Positions 36,049 through 53,639 of a stretch of 64,000 nt of DNA are shown piece after piece. Numbering within the stretch: position 1 is the first letter of the stretch; each line of letters starts with the position of its first letter. Both the position numbers and the translations under genes were made by a program. Under the pieces are notes generated by a model that saw only the letters and a list, made by a program, of their open reading frames with translations, made no database searches and was not told where the DNA came from. The stretch comes from the human T2T-CHM13v2.0 reference genome, Homo sapiens, in the NCBI RefSeq assembly GCF_009914755.1, contig NC_060947.1. One strand, written 5' to 3'.

Positions 36049-36358
36049 GGCCTGGGTGTGGTGGCTCATGCCTGTAATCCCAGCACTTTGAGAGGCTGAG
36101 GCAGGAGGGATAGCTTGAGCCCAGGAGTTTGAGACCAGCCTGGGCAACACAGCGAGGCCCGTCTCTACAAAAAACAAACAAACAAAAATAGCTGAATGTG
36201 GTGGCATATGCCTATAGTCCCAGTGACTCAGGGGGCTGAGGTGGGAGGACTGCTTGAGCCCAGGAGATCGAAGCTGCAGTGAGCCATGATCACGCCACTG
36301 CACTACAGTCTGGGCAACAGAGTGAGAGACCCTGTCTTAAAAATGACAACAAAAAAAG
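36049..36358 (+). mobile_element. AluJ
   Basis: gcttgagcccaggagtttgagaccagcctgggcaac J-type. Confidence 0.9.
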
Positions 36359-36516
36359 ATTGCATACGTATCATTATAGCAGAACTGACTGTACGTTGCA
36401 TTTACAATATGTCTTTATCTGTGAAATTCAAATACTTTTAGGAATATATTCTTTAATGAATGGGGAAAAACTATTTTCATTATGTATAGAGAAACTGAAG
36501 AAGTCAATGATAATAG

Positions 36517-36843
<327 letters not shown>

Positions 36844-37043
36844 GAAACCAAAATTTTTTTAAAAAGAAGAAAAAAATAATCCAGGTCTTTTTACTCTTAG
36901 TGCCCTCAACTAGTAGCCTGTAGGGAACAACTGTCTCTCCCCTATTAGGAAGACTTCCAACTGGACACAGGGTTGGTATACTATTAGCTGTAAGAAGATA
37001 TAACAAAAACATTCTGCTGAAAACTCTTTCCCCAGCTTATTAC

Positions 37044-37166
37044 CTGTTCTGCATTGCCACTGAAGACCCCATCAAGAATAAAGTATGTCCAGAACAATGG
37101 CCATTCACACTCAATGTTTTCAAATAGCTTCAGCTCAGCTGGTTCATAGTACAGACGATTGGGATC
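37044..37166 (-). CDS. PHKA1: PHKA1 coding exon 10 (123 nt)
   Basis: [41 protein letters not shown]; TAG acceptor, GTAATA donor. Confidence 0.97.
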
Positions 37167-38490
37167 CTAGTAAAAACACAATAAAGTCTGTCATCACTCA
37201 GAGGTTAGATGTATATCTTTAGCTCAGAGGTATTATAATACGGGTTTTCATTACTGATTGTTTTAGAGAAGGTGTTCAGGAAGCAGAGCATGTACATACT
37301 CCCTTCCCTTAGCAAGTACTCTATGATGCGACTTCTAACTAGCGGAATTGGGATAGCAATGATATCACAAGAGGGTGTATGAAGAAATAAGATTGGTTTG
37401 CAATAAAGTTCAGTTTGGTTTTATATTTGTTAAGTTTTTTGTAATAATAGGACATACAAGTAGAAATGTTTAGAAGGGCAACTAGAGATGAGGGTTTGGG
37501 AATCATTTTCCTAGAGGTGACATATGAAGTACAAGTTACAGATGAGCTTTGTGAAATAGCACTAAATGAAATGAGCAAACTGCTCAAGAATGGAATCTTG
37601 GTAAACCCTCAGAGTGGGGCAAGGGAATAACAGAAAGAGAAGAATCAGGATAATCTAGTGGGAAAATTAAAATAGGAAAAGAATTTCAAGAGAATTTAGG
37701 GCTAGGTAAAAAGTGAGGTACCATAGAGAAGTCAAGGAGAATAAGGATTCAGAAAAGGCTATTGGATTGGTCATTTAAGAGCTTATGATGATGTTTCAGA
37801 ACATATAATTTTAGTACACTGATAGGGGAAGAAGTCAAATTCAAGGCTAAAAAATAAAGTGGAAGAGGAAGTAGACCAGAAGAGTTTGAGCTCGATGATT
37901 TAAAAAAATCCATAATGTCTCTCAAACATCAAATCTAAGCTTTAAACAATGTTTCCATTACCAGTGAAAGTGCTTCATATTGACTGTTCAATCCCTTTAA
38001 TGATACTGAATTTTTCTCATTGATATTTCCAAGGTGAACTTTTGACTAGTTGAATAAAGGGAACGTAAACTTTTCAAAATCAAGTACTGTTTAGAACTAA
38101 CCAACTACAAGAGGTGGAATGTGGGGCCAGAAAGATCTACTGATGGAAAGATTTTTCCCTTTGTAATTGTTAAATATTTTGGGAGAGATACTTTGAGACA
38201 ATGCAAATACTATTTCTGTATAAGCTTTCATCCACTGATTTTACCATGTATCTGTAGTTCTTTCCCGAAACTAACCAATGCAAGAGGTGGAAGGACTACA
38301 CCTTCCTCTATTTTACTTAATCCAGAAAGGCCTACAAACTGAGAACTTGGCAGCTAAGCCAAGTTCAACAAATATAGCAAACATCAGTTATCATTATCCT
38401 ACTTAGTGATCTCTATAAGTACCATCAGTGAGGTAAATATTTTCTCTGAATGAGGCTGCAGGTAGAAGTGGCCATTCTACCTTGGATTCA

Positions 38491-38619
<129 letters not shown>

Positions 38620-39101
38620 TTAATCAGAAATACATCCTTGCAACATCTATATGTACCACCAACCTATCACCGATAAAGGCATAATGCTTAAAACCAAAAA
38701 ACCTATAATAATATAATAATGCTTAAAACCAAAAAATCAATCCAGCAGCAGAAACAGATTTCAGCAATGTGATTTCAAGTGAAGGCAAAGTGACAGGCTC
38801 TTCACTAAAGCAGTGTTCCTAACAGTATCCTCTCCATGGCTATCCACCTAGGGTAAGTCTGACAGCATAATTACTAATCTATGTGGTCCTGTTCATAAGA
38901 CACATACAGCTCATAAGTCATAAGACTCCATAAGCTTTTTAAAAAAACACATATTTTTTACATTTTGAGATAATTTTAGATTTACAGAAGAGTTGCAAAA
39001 ACAGTACAGAGAATCCCAGTATTCCTGTCAACCACCATTCCGTTATAGTCACATCTTATATAACCATAGAAATCTGCCAAAACTAAAAAATTAACCTTGG
39101 T

Positions 39102-39447
<346 letters not shown>

Positions 39448-40685
39448 TCATCAGTTGTCCTTTTTTCTGTTCTAGGACCCAATTCAGGATCCCATATTGC
39501 ATTCAGTCATCATGTCTCCTTAGTGTCCTCCAATCTATGACAGTTCCTCAGTCCTTCCTTGTTTTTAATGACCTTGACACTTCTGAAGAGTGTTCATCAG
39601 TTATTTTGTAGAATGCCCCTCGATTTGGTTTTGTTTGATGTTTTCTCATGATCAGAGTACGGTTATGCATATTGGGAAGGATACCACAGAAGTGATGTGC
39701 CCTTCTCAGTGCATTGTATGAGAGAGTACATGATGTCAATGTGTCCTATTACTGGTGATGTTAACCCTGATCACTTGGTTAAAGTGGTGTCTGCTGAATT
39801 TCTCCACTGTAATTTTCCATTTGTAACTATTAAATATTTTGGGGGAGATACTGTGAGACTATTCGAACACCTTCGTTATGCTTAAGCTTTTGTCTACTGG
39901 TTTTAGCATCCATCAGTAGATTTCTCCTGAAATAATTGTTATTCTTGTGTTTGTCTAATGGCAATTTTGTATTTCCTTTATTCCTTTAGCATTTATTAAT
40001 TGACATTCTCCTATTAGGGAGATCTGTCTTCTTTCCTATTTATTCATTTTTCAGTTATTTATTTATATCAGTATGGACTTATGGACATTTCATTTATTCT
40101 CTGGGTTATAATCCAATACTATGATAGTTATTTTATTGTTCAAATTTTTTCTGCTTTGGCCATTAGAAGCACTTTTCAGATGGTTCCTGTGTTCCTTTGA
40201 CATGTTCCATACTTTTCTGAGTACCTCTTTATTTTCTAGAACCATATGAAACTCCAGGCTCCCCTTGTATCCTCCCTGCCCCAGTCAAATCAACCACTTC
40301 TCCAAGGAGCCCTAAGTCCTTTCATTGAGAATGACATTTAGAAACCAACATTTGGACACTAGGTGTACTCATTGCCTCTGGGCCCTCTCAGTGGACAAAG
40401 TTAGGAAACACATATAGGAAGACACACATCCCTATATTAAACACACACAGACACACAGACACACACACATACACACTTCATACTGATACTACCTTCTCCA
40501 ATCCAACATCACAAGGTTCATTCTAGGCTTTTCCCATTCCCTATGTGTAACAGTGAGAAACCTAGGTCTCATTACCCACTATATCTACTACATATTTACT
40601 TATTTGGTCAACCTTACTGTACAGATAAAGTAGTTTCAGAATTGCCAACCAGTACCCCTTTGAGAAACAAATTTATCAACTAGAG

Positions 40686-40895
40686 CAGGGGTTGGCAAAC
40701 TTTTTCATAGAGGACCAGGTAGTGAATATTTTAGATTGTGCAGACCATACAGCATCTGTTGCAATTACTCAGATCTGCTGTTGTACCTTGAAAGCAGCCA
40801 TGGACAATATGTAAATACACCATGGTTGTGTTCCAATAAAACTCTATTTATAACAACAGATGGCCAGCCCACAGGCTGTAATTTGCTAACCCCTG
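40686..40895. mobile_element. MER58A (hAT) with intact 8-bp TSD
   Basis: Inverted termini caggggttggcaaa / tttgctaacccctg; TSD aactagag at 40678 and 40896. Confidence 0.88.
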
Positions 40896-41381
40896 AACTA
40901 GAGTACAGTGTGTGTATACAGTTATTTTTGTCTTTAGGTTAGGCTTGCAGTATCTAGTCAAAACACTGTTTTCCAAGACTTAGGTCAGCTCCTTTCTTTT
41001 CCATACCTTTTAGTGTGGTTACTTGATTCATTTGTAATGTAATTAGACTCATTTTTCAGTCTGAATTCCATCTTTCTTGACACACCCTGGTTGATTCTTT
41101 AAATTTACTTCTTGTGGCATACAATTCCTTAGCTTTTGACAAACATATAGTCATGTGTCCACCAGCATAAGTCCATAGAGAACCATTCCATCACCCTCAA
41201 AATTCTCTAGTGCTGTATCTTTATAGACAATCTGTCCTCCCAACTTCTGGCAACTACTGATCTGTTTTCCTCCCTATAGTTTTGCCTTTTCCAGAGTGTC
41301 ATGTAAATGGAATCATGTAGTATGTAGTCTTTGAGGTTTGGCTTTTTTTCACTTAGTAAAATGCATCTAAGAATCAACATA

Positions 41382-42686
41382 AGTGAAAATGCAGATGGCC
41401 AAAGTGATGAGAACAAGGAGGACTATACAATCCCAGATGAGTATAGAATTGGACCATAACAGCCCAATGTTCCTGTTGGTATAGACTATGTAATACCTAA
41501 AACAGGGCTTTATGGTAAGCTATGTTCACTCTTTTATACAAAAGAAGTTGCAAAGAATACTCATTGCAGCAGCCTTCCTCATTATGAGAAATTAAATAAA
41601 TTTCTGAATAAATTGGCAGAAGAATGCAGACAGAAGAAGGCAACTTAAGATGTGCAAGAAGATTTAAGGGTTTCAAAGAAAATAATGGTTCTTTGTGTTT
41701 AATGTTAAACTTTTTTAAATACAATACTGACAGAAGAAAACTATTGTACTCTTTTGTTTTGGTGGAGAAATAATGTCTGTTCATGTGTTAAGTGTTATAG
41801 CAAAAAAATACATACGATTAATGAATAGTTGTTTTATAGAAGTAATTTGTAGAGATTGACTTCGTAAGCTACTTAAGACAACTTGCACCACTAAGAAAAA
41901 AATGCAGAACCATTTGGGAAAATGAAATTTAGCAGTTCCAAGCTTCAAAGAAATGTCAGTATTTGATTCCATTTAATAAAGAACAAAACCAATAGTATTT
42001 TTATTACTTTCATCTGAAACATTCCATGTTTTAATCTGAGCCTTGCAAACTTTTCATTTGGAGTTTGACCCTTTTTTGGTTGCATTTCATTTTTGGAGAA
42101 CTTCATTAAAATGAGATTGGCAATTCAAATGCAGGTGCAGTTTTCTGTAAATGTCATGCTGTTGTTTAGGTAATAAGAAATATTAAGTAATTGGCTTTAG
42201 GTTTTGTATTTTTTTCCCTGAGTTCCTGCTAGATTTTATATTCTAGTAGTCAATATTTTCAGTGAAACGTAAAAATATTCCCATTCTCTTTGACCAGTAC
42301 TAATTTTTGAGATCTTATTGCTTGTCACTTGAATCCTGTAATCGTCATACATCTCTGGTGTAAGCAACATTTGATTTTTGAAGTGTGTAGACCACCTCTT
42401 CATATTTTCAAGATGTAATTTTATATTTCTGCATCTTAAAAACAGTTTGGCCATAATCCTAGATGCACGCTTCTAATTCATGTACCTGCACATGTGACCT
42501 TTGTGAACAGAAATGTGCATGTATAATCTGTGTTTACTTGTAACTTTCTGGTTATATACTGCTTGTATCTGTGGATTGAAGTTACTGAAGTGAATACCAA
42601 TTAAAAAAAAACAAAAAAAAAACCCTAGGCCATGTTCATTGGTTACACATGTTTGGAATGTACTGACAAAAAAAAAAAAAAAAAAA
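41382..42686 (+). pseudogene. MATR3 (matrin-3) processed pseudogene, 5'-truncated: C-terminal CDS, 3'UTR and poly(A)
   Basis: 41382-41648 translates [87 protein letters not shown], matching the recalled MATR3 C-terminus; premature TAA at 41457; poly(A) 42668-42686; TSD aagaatcaacata at 41369 and 42685. Confidence 0.93.
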
Positions 42687-42697
42687 GAATCAACATA

Positions 42698-45600
42698 GAG
42701 CACGATGGCTGACTAGAGGTGCCTGGTGCTTGTCTTCCCCACAAAAAAGGACCAAAACAACTAATAAACAACTAAAATTCAAGTGGAGTGTCTGAGGGAG
42801 AGCACTGTGGTGTAGCAAGTGACTGGCAGCAAGAACCCTGTGAAGTAGAAAAGCCCAGGATGGCAGCATAGAGAGGAGAGCGAGGCACCCTGGCTCTGCT
42901 GCCCCATCTCCCCTATTGGGATTGGCTCAGAGACAGGAGGGACTTCCCCTTGCAGGGAAAAGGTAAGCAAAAGGCTCCCACCGTCCCTCATTGCCAGCCC
43001 AGACACCTGCAGTCCTTACTATAGGAGAATCCTACAGTCCTCCCAAGTGCTGAGCCCAGTTTGGGGAGCTGCCTAGAATTCACACAACTATATTACTCCA
43101 GAGTACAAGTACATGTTGTGCACTTCCTATTTCTCATGACCAAAGCTGCTGCAGTACAGTGCCATCTTGAAACTGGAGCTACTGCAGGAGTGCAGTAGTT
43201 GGCCCCCCTACTCTGGGGGCCAGTAGCCATTGTACCTCTCCAACCTTGACTCTTTGCCATCATTTCACCAACCCCACACAGGTGGCTGCAGTGCCATGAC
43301 CTCAGCTGCTCGAAGCCTGGCCCCAGGAATGGCCATGACTCTGGTCCTGCATAGTAGAAAGCCAACCCTGGACCAGCCTGACGGAGAAACAGCCTGATGG
43401 ACCCATGTCCCTGGGCAGAGAAACAGCCCAGTGGCTCCACCCCTGGCAAGCCAGTTCCCAAGTCCCACGCCCCCAGGCACAGAAATAGCCCAGCAGCCCT
43501 GCCCCTGGTTGGCAAACCAGTCTCTGAACCAGCTGACCTGCCATGTGCCTATGACCTTGGCTAGAAAAACAGTCTGGCAGCCCTTCTCCTCATGCATGTC
43601 TACACCCCAGGCCCGGAAATCAGTCTGTTCAGGAGCCCACCCCTAGCAAAGCTACCCACCACACTCACAACTCCTGCAGCCTAGGCCATTGAGGTACTCA
43701 CAAACATCAATTATGTGGATTACAGCTCAAGAAACTGCACAGAGACTATAATAACTGTGTCCACCTAGAACCAAAGCCAGTGTATCCTACCTAAACCAAC
43801 ACCTTAGGACCCATCTCCAGGAAAGTCTTTCCCTATCAAAGCTGCTCCATAAATTGGAAGAGGTACCTGCTCCACCAGATGTGCATATATCAATTCAGGG
43901 ACACAAGAAACATGAAAAGGCAAGGAAACATGACACATCCAAAGGGACGTAATAATTATCTAGTAACAGACCTCAAAGAAAAGGAAATTTATGAAATGTT
44001 ATAAAAGAAACTCAAAATTATGATCTTAAGGAAACCCAGCAAGATATAAAAGAATAAAGATAGATAATAAAATCAGGAAAACAATTCATGATCTGATGAG
44101 AAATTCAACAGATATTATTTAAAAAACAAACTTTAACGCAGAAGAATTCAATTAATGAAATAAAAAACACAATCAAGAGCTTCAACAGATGAGATCAAGC
44201 AGAAGAATTTCTGAACTTGGAGGCAGATCTTTTGAAATAAACCAGGCATACAAAAAAAAAACGAATAAAAAAGAATGAAACAAGCCTATAGGACTTGCAG
44301 AACACCATAAAGCAAACAAATAATCACATTATGGAAGTTTTAGAAAGACAAGAGATGGGAAAATGTGCAGAAAACCTATCTGATGAAATAATAGCTGAAA
44401 AATTCCCAATTCTTGGGAAAAATATGGATATCCAGATCCAGGAAACTCAAAGTTCCCAAATAGATTCAAACCAAAAAATGTTCTCTCAAAGGTGCATTAT
44501 AGTCAAAATGTCAAAAGTCAAAGACAAAGAGAAAATTTTAAAAACAGCAAGAGAAAAGCATAAAGTTACATATAAGGGAATCTTCATTAGACTAGCAACA
44601 GATTTCTCAATAGTAATCTCACAGGCTGGAAGAGAATGAGATGATATATTCTAAGAGCTGAAAAAAAAAAAAAAAAACCTGTCAGGCAAGAACACTATAC
44701 CCAGAATTAGACCAGCCTTACAAGAAATGCCTAAGGGAGTTCTACAACTGGAAGTGAACATATGATAACTATCATCATGAAAACATGCAAAAGTATAAAA
44801 CTCACTAGTACATACAGAAAGGAGCACATACAGAAAGGGCACATACAGAAAGGAGAAAGAGAAAGAGAAAGAGAAAGAGAAAGGAATCAAGCCTTATCAC
44901 TACAGAAAACCACCAAACTGTAAAGATAAACAATAAGAGAGGAAGAAAGGAACAAAGGATATACAAAACAACCAGAAAACAATTAACAAAATAACAGGAG
45001 AAAGTCCTCATTTATCAATAATAACCTTGAATGTAAATAGATTAAATTTCTCAATTTAGATGTAGATTGGCTGAATGGATAACAAGACTCACATGATACC
45101 TACAAGAAAGTCACTTCACCTGTAAAGACACACATAGACTAAACTGGAAGGAATGGAAAAAGATGTTCCATGCAAATACAAACCAAAAGCAAGCAGGAGT
45201 AGCTATACTTATATCAGATAAAATAGGCTTTAAGTTGAAAGTAAAAAGAGACAAAGAAGGTCATTATATAATAATAAAAGCATCAATTCAGCAAGAGGTT
45301 ATAATAATTGTAAATATATATGCACCTAACATTGCAGCATTCAGATATATAAACCAAATATTATTAGATCTAAAAGGAGAGTTAGACTCCAGTACAATAA
45401 TAGTGGGAGACTTCAACATTCTACTCTTAGCATTAGATAGATCATTTATACAGAAAATCAACAAAGAAATACCAGATTTAAACTACATTATAGACCAAAT
45501 GGACCTAACAGACATTTACAGGGCATTTCATCCAACAGGTACAGAAAATACATTAGCACATGGAACATTCTCCAGGATTGATCATATGTTAGGTGATAAA

Positions 45601-46610
45601 ACATGTCTCAACAAACTTTAAAAAATTGAAATCATTATCAATTATCTTTTCTGACTGCAATGAAAACTAGAAATCAATAACAAGAGAAACTTTTGAAACT
45701 GTACAAATACACAGAAATTAAACAACATGCTCCTCAATGACCAACGAGTCAATGAAGAAATTAAGAAAGAAATTTTAAAATTTCTTAAAATAAACGAAAA
45801 TGGAAACATAACATCCCAAAACCTGTGGGATACAGCAAAAGCAGTACTAAGAAGGAAGTTTATGGCAATAAATGCCTACATCAAAATAGTAGAAAGATTT
45901 GAAATAAACAACCTAATGATGAACCTCAAGGAATTAGAAAAGAACAAACAGAACCCAAAATTAATAGAAGGAAAGAAATAACAAAGACCAAACAAGAAAT
46001 AAGTGAAATTAAGGCCAAAAAATACAAAAGATCAACAAAATGAAAAGTTTTTTAAATAAACAAAATTGGCAAACCATTAGCCAGACTAAGAATAAAAGAC
46101 CCAAGTAAATAAAATAAGAAATAAAAAAGAGACATTATAACCGATACCACAGAAATACAAAGGATTATTAGAGACTATTATCAAAAAGTATATGCCAAGA
46201 AATTGGAAACTCTAGAGAAAACAGATACATTTCTGGACACATACAACCTACCAAGATTGAACCAAGAAGAAATAGAAAACCTGAAAAGACAAATAACGAG
46301 TAATGGGACTGAATCAGTAATAAAATGTACTCCGATGAAGAAAAGTCCAGGAATGGATGGCTTTATTGCTGAGTTCTACCAAACTTTTAAAGAGCTAAAA
46401 CCAAACTACTCCAGTAAATTGAAGGGGAGGGAATTCTTCCAAACTCACTACAAGGCCAGCAGTACCCTGAAACCAAAACTGACGAGGACACAAGAACAAC
46501 AAAAAACCCATGGGCCAATATCCCTGATGAACATAGATGCAAAAATCCTCAACAAAATACTGTCAAAACAAATCCAACAGCACATCAAAAAGATTATACA
46601 CCATGATTAA
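42698..46610 (+). mobile_element. Old L1 (L1M/L1PB-like): 5'UTR, ORF1 and first part of ORF2; 3' end missing
   Basis: GC-richer 5'UTR; ORF1 remnant 44295-44639; endonuclease NIYAPN/IVGDFN/SRIDH (45163-45621); KSPGMDGF and [16 protein letters not shown] (46203-46610). Confidence 0.9.
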
Positions 46611-47074
46611 ATCTGATCAAGTTGGTACCTTGTATCTTTTTATTGTTGAGCAGTATTCTACTGCATGAATATAGTGTAATTTGTTTATCCCTTCCTCTGT
46701 TGAAGGTTTTTTCCAGTTTTTGGCAATTATGAATAAAGCTGCTGTAAACATTTGTGTGCAGATTTTTTTGTGAGCATAAGTTTTCATTTCTGTAGGGTAG
46801 ATTTCTAGGATGACATAGTTGGGTTATAAGGCAGGTGTATGATTAAATTTATAAGAAACTGCCAAACTGTTTTCTAAAGTGGGTGTACCACCCTGCATTG
46901 CTACCAGGAACGGCTGTAGAAGCTTTAACACTTTTAAAAGAAACTATAAAGACAACTCAGAAAACTTAAAGGTTTCTTGAAATCACAGACACAGGTCATA
47001 CTTAAGGCCCCCAAAGGCACAATTTATCCTTAAAGTCACAGCCTTAAAGAAAACAAAGGTACATAGGGACATAC

Positions 47075-47221
47075 CTGAAGCTTGGTGATGATTTCCTGTT
47101 TTGTGAGCTCCACCAACTGGCTATCCTCTACTGCAAAGGCAGGGAAGGAAACCACTGAGAGTAGACTAGCATCAACCTCTTTTGATGTTGAAGCACGGGG
47201 CAGTAGTGAATTTAGGATAGA
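47075..47221 (-). CDS. PHKA1: PHKA1 coding exon 8 (147 nt)
   Basis: [49 protein letters not shown]; TAG acceptor, GTATGT donor. Confidence 0.97.
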
Positions 47222-47257
47222 CTAAGAGAAAAGAAGTTAAGTTTATATAAAAGGATG

Positions 47258-47329
47258 TATTTCTTCTCCCTTTACCCCAATATCTTATCAACACACATGA
47301 TATCACTTTTGAATATGTTTGACAAAATA
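47258..47329. repeat. 72-bp direct repeat, copy A (upstream of exon 8 acceptor)
   Basis: 66/72 identical, ungapped, to 48447-48518. Confidence 0.9.
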
Positions 47330-48298
47330 GAAAAGAACATTCTTTATCTATTTTAAGTAGGTTAGTAAATACCTTAGCATTGTAAAACTAATAGCTTTAG
47401 TTTCAAAAGATTTATGTAGAAGAGGACCATTCACAAGAAAATCTAGACATTATTCAATAGTTAGAACTTAGAAAACCAGCAATTTCTGAAAATCATCCCT
47501 TGTCTTAATTCTGCTCTCAATACTTCCCTATCCTGATTCTTAACCAGTTACTCACAGATAAGGAATATTCTAACATTATTATACCACCCACAGTCCTGTT
47601 GCTCCATTAGCAACTACTTAAGAATAAAGTCAAGAGAAAACACAGCTGCTAAGAAGCAGGATAGGGAAGGCTCAGCTCCTCTACTTCTGACCCACTTTTT
47701 TCCTCTGGGAAATTTTGTGTTTTTAAAATTGGAGATGAGTTTATATTCAATAGGACCCTATGGTATCTAATCAGGGTTTGAAGGAAAGGAGAAAATTCCT
47801 CATGCCAATGAGAAAAACCTTAATCTTTCAATATGGAGAGTAATCCTAAACAAAACTGAAAATACATATTTGCCACTTAAAGTCTAATCTCCAAATATCT
47901 AAGCCTAGAGCCAACCAGGAACAAGAGAATGTTTCAGAAACACTAACAAGAATACTACAAATCCATCATCTCTGGTTTTCTTTATATATTTAGAAAAGGA
48001 GATACTCAGAAAGAGAGACCATATCCCTTTGATATGATAGTGGTGGATAATTCCACATAGTATGGTGGGATCCCTTTATAACCTTTGGCTAGAGAACAGG
48101 ACTATGATCTATTTTATAGCCCATGCTATATTTGGCTTATCTCAGTATAGTATGCTTGTTAAATATATTTTTGGTACATGGTAATTAATCAGATGATGCA
48201 CTGTCTCTCATTCAGCTATCCTTAATCTAAAGCTCATGCTTAAATCTGAGTCTGGGCAAGAATAAAATTTGCTATTTCCATTTTCCATAATATTTTAC

Positions 48299-48397
48299 CT
48301 GGCAGTGCTGTACTTCATCAGCCAGGACATGGATAACTGATTGAGGCCCACCTTTCACACCAAACAGATCCAGTTCATCTAATGCTTCCAGGGCTGC
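48299..48397 (-). CDS. PHKA1: PHKA1 coding exon 7 (99 nt)
   Basis: [33 protein letters not shown]; CAG acceptor, GTAAAA donor. Confidence 0.97.
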
Positions 48398-48446
48398 CTG
48401 TGAGGAACAAGAAAGAAATGGACAAGTTTAGCATTAGAAAGATATA

Positions 48447-48518
48447 TATTTCTTCTCCCTATATCCCAGTATCTTATCAACACACATGATGTCACTTTTG
48501 AATATGTCTGACAGAATA
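48447..48518. repeat. 72-bp direct repeat, copy B (upstream of exon 7 acceptor)
   Basis: 66/72 identical, ungapped, to 47258-47329. Confidence 0.9.
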
Positions 48519-49649
48519 TATAATACAAAAACATTATTTATTCCCAGGGCATTCTGAGTTTTTCTTTGTCTCCCATATTGTCTCAGAGAAAGTTAAAAAG
48601 GAGTCTGTAGCACTATCAAGTATCATACTTAACCATCATTGTACTCTCTCCTTCTATGAGTTCAACTTCTTTAGATTCCACATATAAATGAGATATTATG
48701 TTTTTTAAAATAGAATTTATTTATTTATTTCTTACTTTTCTAAATATATTTTTGATCATAAAAGTAAAACACACTCCTTATAGAATACTTTGAAAACACA
48801 GTAAAGTACAGAGAGGGCAAGAAAATCACCCAAAACAACCACTTTTAACATTTTTGACATGTTTTTTATTAGTTTTTTCTATGTCTATTTGTGTACAGTT
48901 GAGATCACATCTGGTATCCTACTTTTTACAATTAATAATATAGTGTAAGTATTTTTCCACATTACAAACACTATTTTGACATACTATTATCTCATATGGC
49001 TATAATAAAGTATATTTAGCCATTTACCAATTCTTGGAAATTTAGGTCGCCTTTAATTTTGTGCTATTAGAAATAGAACTTTGATAAACATCTCTTGCTA
49101 AATTATAAATTCCTTGAGGTCGGGGATTATGTCTTCACTAATATCTAGCACAAACCATGGCATACGGTAGGCTCTCAATAATGACTGTCAAGCTAATAAA
49201 ATAACTCTTTGTATTCATTTTGAGTTATTTTGTAAGCATCAATTCCCTGAAGTAGAATCATTGGGTAAAAGAGTATGAATAATTTTTAAGACATAATGCT
49301 AAATTGCTTTTCTTGCAAGTTGTACCAACATAGCTATCACTAGCAGTATATGACAATACCTTCCTTAATGCAAACAATGTATTATCTTAAACATTTTTTC
49401 CTAATGTGATTAAAAAATGGTATATCTGTTGCATTCATATGCATTAAATTGTTAACAAGATTGAATATTATTTCTAGTATTTATTAGTTATCTGTAATTC
49501 CTCAATTAAAGGGCAGACTTGACCTAGTCTTGGGGGTAGAAGCCAGTTTTGAAAGTCTTCCCTGAAGAAATGACACCTAAACTGAGACCTATAGGGTAAG
49601 TAGAAGTTGGCCAGGCACAAAATACTCATTAATTACTGCCTTACTATTC

Positions 49650-53633
<3,984 letters not shown>

Positions 53634-53639
53634 AATTAC

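Noticed and set aside
47258-48518. 72-bp repeat as a pair of intronic C/D snoRNAs
   Set aside because: The position is suggestive, but there is no RUGAUGA...CUGA pair on the PHKA1 sense strand; the box-like motifs are on the opposite strand, too close together, and CTGA is only in one copy
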